DNA of 64,000 bases from Stylophora pistillata. Taxonomy: Eukaryota. Made by a program: the position numbers and the translations under genes. The DNA is taken from NCBI RefSeq assembly GCF_002571385.2, contig NW_019218145.1, positions 3,032 to 67,031 of the forward strand, given 5' to 3'. Positions 58,469 to 64,000 of this stretch are shown here, piece after piece (the first letter of the stretch is position 1; the number at the start of each line of letters is the position of its first letter). The notes below the pieces were generated by a model, which ran no database searches, was not told the origin of the DNA, and saw only the letters and a list, made by a program, of their open reading frames with translations.

Positions 58469-61400
58469 TTAGGAGGACATCATTTTCACAAACTCTGAAA
58501 GAAAAAGAAATCAGGTAAAGCGACGTGTCGGAAATAAAGTTAAAACTGGCATAAAGTACCTCAATTATTTGGGAAATGCTTACTTTTCAGTACAACCTCT
58601 ACAGAGGAGGGTCTCAATAGGGTGAAGGCTTTTACGGTTAACCGTTAAAATGTTGGCCATTTTACGGCTAACGGTGGAGTCGCGGTGGCCTCATGGTTAG
58701 TGCGCTCGCCTCCGGAACGAGTGGTCCGGGTTCGAGCCCCGGCCGGGACATTGTGTTGTGTTCTTAGGCAAGACACTTTACTCTCACAGTGCCCCTCTTC
58801 ACCCAGGTGTATAAATGGGTACCGGCAATTTAATGCTGTGGTGGACTGACAATTTAATGCTGCGATGGATTGGCATCCCATCCAGGGGGGAGTAGAAATA
58901 CTCCTAGTCGCTTCATGCTACAGAAACCGGAGTTAAGCACCGGCCCAATGGGCCAGTAGGCTCGTAAACAGACTTTACTTATTTTACGGCTAACAGTTGA
59001 AATTTGTCAATTTTTGCGCCTAACGGCTTAGTTGTTTGGCCATTTTACGGCTAACGGTTAACCCCATTGAGAACCATTACAGAGGCACTGGCAGAATTTT
59101 ACAACTCAAGGGTCTGGTACAGTGGCGCCTAGATTAGTGCACACCTGTTTCTTTTTTTTTTTTTTTAATTCCCATGAGTTGCCACTTTGAATTGGCAACG
59201 ACAAGGAGTCTTACTTTAAAACTGCCTTCCCCTCCACACCCTTTGACAAAAATATTTTGGGGGGAGTTTGTTAAACAAGGTCAGAAAGCCCTAGAAAGCT
59301 ACAAAAACTAGTTATTTTTATGAATCCCACAAAACGAGATAGGGTTAGCCAGTAGACCTTTTATCACATGTGCAAACAAACCCGACAGGCAAAGAGAAAA
59401 GGCTGATAAGAAACATCGACGAAATAGTCGAACAGCGGTGGGGATGAAAAAGAAAATAAGCAAGCAAAATAAACAATAGGCCATTTTAAAGCTGTGTACT
59501 TGATTGCCAAACCTTTGATTTGGAGTGAGGCTGAAGGTGACCTTGTTGTGATAGAGACCTGTACCTAGTTCGCGTGATAACAAAGTAATTTACATTTGAA
59601 AAGCACCAAGGTTTGTATCATAATAAGGTCACCGTTAGCCTCACTCCTTTTCAAAGGCTTGGCCACCAAGCATCCAACTGTAAAATGGACAATTGTTATA
59701 CCTTCAAGATCAATTTGTCCGTCACCGTTCAAATCAGCCGTTTTGATGATCTCATTGACCTCCTCCTCAGTCAACTGGTTACCAAGGTTCATCATAGTCC
59801 ACTTGAATTCTTCAGCGCTGATGTACCCGTTACCATCCATGTCAAAAACTTTGAACATTTCTCGTATTTCTGCTTCGGTGTCTGTTTCTTTCATCCGGGT
59901 GTTCATCAAGTGAAGAAATTCTCTGAAGTCAATGATGCCATTGCCTTGAAAAAAAAAAGAATCTGGCTCAGTTTAAATCTGCAGGATTGGACCCGATCTA
60001 CTTCTTTTGAAAAATTTTCGTTATTCCGTTTCTTATCAGACGCCACTTCTAAATTCACAGCCCTTTCACACCCAGAACTTATCGTTAATTCTCCTTTCTG
60101 GCTGCTATACAATTTGTATCATGTCAGTTTGGAGAATTTGGTATTTGATCAAACAATCCCCTAAATAGCATTTTTGTCATCACTCGTCTGCTCCAGTGAT
60201 ATTGTAATGTTATTGTAAGGAAAAATTCTGTCTTGGTCCCACATAGGAGTTAAACAAATTGCATGACAAAAAGAATGTTACAGTTGTGTGAGGCTAAAGC
60301 TCCCTTCGGAGATAAAAACCTTAATCTAGAAACGAATTTAAAAAGAAGTAACTAAAAAAAAATTGCACAATTAACTTTCAGTGGTATCTAGAAATGATGA
60401 AGCCTTCTACTTTTGACAGTGTTCGTGTAATCAAAGCTCGAATCTAGACAAACATTACCGTCCATGTCGATTTCTAAGATGATCTCTTCCAGTTCCTGCT
60501 CGGTTGGATTTTCACCCAGGGACCTCATTAGAACCCCAAGCTCCTTTGTGGTTATGGTGCCATCACCGTCTTTATCAAGAAGCGAGAACGCCTCCTTAAA
60601 ATCTGTAAATCAAACCAAAAAAACTGTTATAACTGACCTCACTAAAATGAAGGAACTAAAACTGAACGAACTCAAGTAACCAGTAACCAGCAGTTGCCGT
60701 TTCGATCCTGGTTCAGTTATTGGCTGACATTAAAATTGTTACACAAGTCAACAAAACCGCAAAACCACTATGCGTAAATTAAAATCATAACAATTAGCGA
60801 TCCTAACTATCAAATAAAACTAAAAGAAAAAAACAAGGAAAAAAAAAAAAAACAAGAACAGAGACTTCGTCCTCTTTCCTCGCTTTTCTCTGTTCTTTCA
60901 GTTCACGGGTCTTTTCAACCATAATCCTTTTAAAACATCTCAGTTATGACTGATGAAATATTGAGAGTTTGTTGTCAACTTCTCTTCATTCAGACGAAAG
61001 AGTCCTTCAAGGTGAAGCTAGCTGAGAGGCAAACTTTCTTTGGTCAACCTCTTTTCTGTTAAGTACAAAGAACCCTAAACGCATGATGAGAAAAAATTAT
61101 CAGTCCATTTCACTTGTGCAATCTCGAAATTAGGTACGTTAATCTCCTTACATCGAGACAGGTTGATAGCCGATATGGTTTTGCGTGCTGGTGGTTTTTA
61201 TTTTCCTACCTGCTATTTGTCCCTCTGTTAGCGTCAATTCCTGCAAAATAACGAGATAATGAGTGCTAAATATCCTACCTTTGATTTTATCAGGAAGACA
61301 GATTTTCAGTCTTCCGCTGTTTAACGTGACTATTATTCTTGACTCGCTGAGTCACCAAGTGTTGTGCCATTTGTCTCTTGCAAGCTATACTCTACAGTGG

Positions 61401-62267
61401 CATAAAGGTCAAATTTTTTTCAATGATTCTGATGAAGCATCAATCATTAGGAAAATAACTGTTTTGAGGAAAAAGGGTTTCATTTGAAATCGGACACTAA
61501 CTTATGTAGGAAATTGTAACCAGTTATGACGAAACAGCTTTAACATCACTCAATTTGACAATGCTGACATAAGCTGGGTTTGGTTTGTTTATTTTATCAG
61601 AAAGAATTCGTTCAATTCAGCGAAGATTATGATTGAAATTTGCCTTTGAATGTTACTTCAATTCGGTGTTAAGAGTAAACAAGGGAACTGTATTGACTAA
61701 ATAAACTACGTAATCAATGCCGCTTTGCAGTACTCATCTCGCACACGGCCGACAAAACTAGTACTGCCGGGTATGTTCTACTATCGCCTGTTTAAAATGT
61801 CCTTATTATTTGTACATGCTGTTTCGCAACCTTTCCTTTAGATGAGCAAGATCGATTAAGTTACAACTTCATTCTAATTTCATTCTAAGTTATGTGACGA
61901 ATTCGTAGATATCTTCCATAATGCTGTGGGTAAAGTTCTCAAGAGTGAAACAGAAAGCCATCATCGAAAGCATGGTGCTTTTCAACATAGTCGGGGGAAG
62001 ATTTAAGTCTTTATTCAAACGCTTAAAAGTGCTCCTAGACACTTTCCAACACGTGCTACATCCACTATACATCTAAATTCACTCTAGAAAATTCTTTTTG
62101 AGTCTTCACTTGATTATTTTGTAAAGAACATATATCTGTTTACTGTACTGAGTTATTTAGATGCTGAGAGATATTTGTCTCCAATTAAAGAAAATTCTAG
62201 TTTTTAACTAAAAATACTTGATCACATGCAGTCTTTATATTAAACACAGTAAAAGCTTACTTACCAT
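58469..62267 (-). CDS. Calmodulin-like protein 2, 148 aa, four EF-hands
   Basis: Exons: 62267-62265 (ATG|GTAAGT), 61240-61210 (31 nt), 60602-60459 (144 nt), 59944-59702 (243 nt) and 58494-58469. Product: [32 protein letters not shown]...[12 protein letters not shown]...[12 protein letters not shown]...[19 protein letters not shown]. Confidence 0.92.
58607..59077. mobile_element. MITE-like host element interrupted by a SINE
   Basis: Inverted ends TCTCAATAGGGT (58612-58623) and ACCCCATTGAGA (59061-59072), internal TTTTACGGCTAACGGT repeats, and a flanking direct repeat TACAGAG(G) at 58600 and 59078. Confidence 0.6.
58676..58980 (+). mobile_element. Full-length tRNA-derived SINE (305 bp)
   Basis: A-box TGGCCTCATGG, B-box GGTTCGAGCC, core TGTGTTGTGTTCTTAGGCAAGACACTT and a short ACTTT-type tail. 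It is flanked by a 17-bp direct repeat ATTTTACGGCTAAC[G/A]GT (58659-58675 / 58981-58997). Confidence 0.85.
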
Positions 62268-63871
62268 GAGACAAGTTGCTTATTTGACCACCACTCTGCC
62301 GGATCCACTGGTATCAACTGGGTTGCGCACAAGAGGAAGCTTGATGGACGTGACGTGTTGCAAACAATTGCTTTCGTCAGCGAAGAAAGAAACTTGATCC
62401 AAGCGAAGGCGGTTTTCACTTGAGAGGGTACAATCTCTTGACTATTACTACCGTCAATAACACTTCGTATTGCACAGTCGAGCGAGATAAGCGCTGACAG
62501 CAAAAGGATGGGTGACTGAAACGTCGAGGTTTCAAATCTTCCTTAATAGAAATGCCGTTCGTACTTTGGTTTGTTCTTGTCACATCAGTGCGAAAAACAA
62601 GCTCAGCTGTCTCAACGTGCCATTTGCTTTGTTCTCACGAAATTTTTCCATAAAACTTCAATTTATGTAATCACAATAGCAAAATGTTCTTTTGACTTTT
62701 ATCGAGAACACAGCATGTGAAAAAGCAGCACAATACGACGGACTTCACAGCGAACAAAGGAAATGGCAACAGAAAAGAGCGTTTAAGATGAAACCGTCTG
62801 ACCTTATCGACACATTATCTCCATTAAAATTGCTGTTTATACGCGGAAAGAAAACAAACCTTCCAATTTCTGTTCTTTTGATATAGCTTGGGAGTAAAGA
62901 AGATACACATTCGCTTGCCTTTTTCTATCGGCAGAATTCTTACAAATAACTTTGCGATAAAAGGGTTATAAATGACCATAGAATCTTCGATTGAAGATGA
63001 GTGTGTTTTTGCATCATTTCTGGTGAACGCAGTAGAGCGAGAATTCTGAGTAGTACAGACAGCAACTTCTTTATCATTGGTGACATTACAATCCTATATG
63101 TCTTTTGATAAGTATCTATCTGACATGTCAGAATCTTTCAGCAGTATCAAACACTGCCACCAATATTTGTTTAACGTTCACCCGCAGTTTCGCTTTTAGT
63201 TCAAAGGACGTTTTTAGTCCTGTTAAAAATTCATACTTTGTGAATGAGGGAAATAGCCTTACCCTGCCTATGGCTGAGGTCGGTCGGTATGTCTTAAAAC
63301 ATATAACCTTGAACACCGCACTTGTAATCATTATTTCATTTTTATTTTTTATCCTATCTGAAACGTCATCAGTGAGAGATGTCAAGTTTTTTTTTTTTAT
63401 GGTTTGAGGGCAAAGCCCCACGTGGTAAGAGTGCGCTTCTGTTTTTTTTCCGGAAACACCCCGGGACGAAGTCGAGCGCCTCATCAAGATATTAGTGCTT
63501 TTTGAACGATAGACCAAGAATATAATGGTTACGATAATTTCACGCTTGTTTCCAACTACTCTACCAGTTCTTAAAAAAAAAAATACCCCCCTTCGCGCAA
63601 GCTAATCCTTTACATGCCCACGCAAAACCTCTAGAGCTTTACGATTTGATAAAATCCGGGCAAATTGACAATTCTCATTCTTTTCTCTCAGCGATTGGCG
63701 AGCTGTTGTTCGATTCAGTGTAACCTGCCGTCCAAGGGACACTTTATCTGAGCCTTTAGGGTATTACCTCATATAAAGTTTTACTGCTTTTGATTTTATA
63801 TCAATCGTGATTTCTAAATTCTCTATGTCACTTACATAGCAGCGTCTATCAGATGACTCAAAGCAGGATAG

Positions 63872-64000
63872 GCCCTAAGAGTGACCAGTGTCTAATTTCT
63901 CCTTACAATATCACCCCTGAATCAAACATTAAGGTCAGGAGAATAAAGGAAATGATCACCAAGTAGTGAAACTCATGATTGTCAAACAAATTCTCCTTCT
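63872..64000 (+). mobile_element. Copy of the TTAACCC MITE family, cut by the window edge
   Basis: CCCTAAGAGTGA...CACCCCTGAATCAAACATTAAGGTCAGGAGAATAAAGGAAATGATCACC matches the copies at 32843 and 34233. Confidence 0.7.

Noticed and set aside
58676-58750. Functional tRNA gene
   Set aside because: It lacks a proper acceptor stem and continues into a SINE core and tail flanked by direct repeats.
62500-63375. GAAACGTC motifs at about 62518 and 63360 as further hammerheads
   Set aside because: No correctly spaced CTGANGA box and stem II occur upstream on the same strand.
63128-63517. 129-aa ORF and other short intergenic ORFs (for example 41635-42081 and 26867-27302)
   Set aside because: They have no recognisable motifs or splice-consistent partners, and their composition fits chance ORFs in AT-rich DNA.

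Overview
This window is AT-rich, intron-containing animal genomic DNA. The repeat families look like those of a scleractinian coral (inference only). All coordinates and exon models were read by hand. Gene order from left to right: (1) a decayed second copy of the 3' 4.8 kb of a sacsin-like gene, including J and HEPN domains, with about 10 in-frame stops and no frameshift; (2) a near full-length sacsin-like gene (minus strand, 4 exons, three HSP90-like SRR units, J domain, no N-terminal Ubl domain) with one in-frame TAA, cut at a single N before its HEPN domain; (3) a 22-exon TTC7 gene; (4) a 149-aa calmodulin-like gene with several candidate ATG first exons; (5) a single-ORF 1386-aa DZIP3-type HEPN (intact R-x4-H) / NACHT-type STAND NTPase / WD40-like protein on the plus strand; (6) a minimal type I hammerhead ribozyme-like motif; (7) a decayed CR1/L2-group LINE interrupted by a 559-bp solo LTR; (8) a second 148-aa calmodulin-like gene whose last intron holds a tRNA-derived SINE nested in a MITE. 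Four sequence-unrelated elements share an inverted-repeat plus long terminal hairpin architecture. The best candidate for an undescribed system is the HEPN-NACHT-WD40 protein, an NLR-like receptor with a putative RNase effector.
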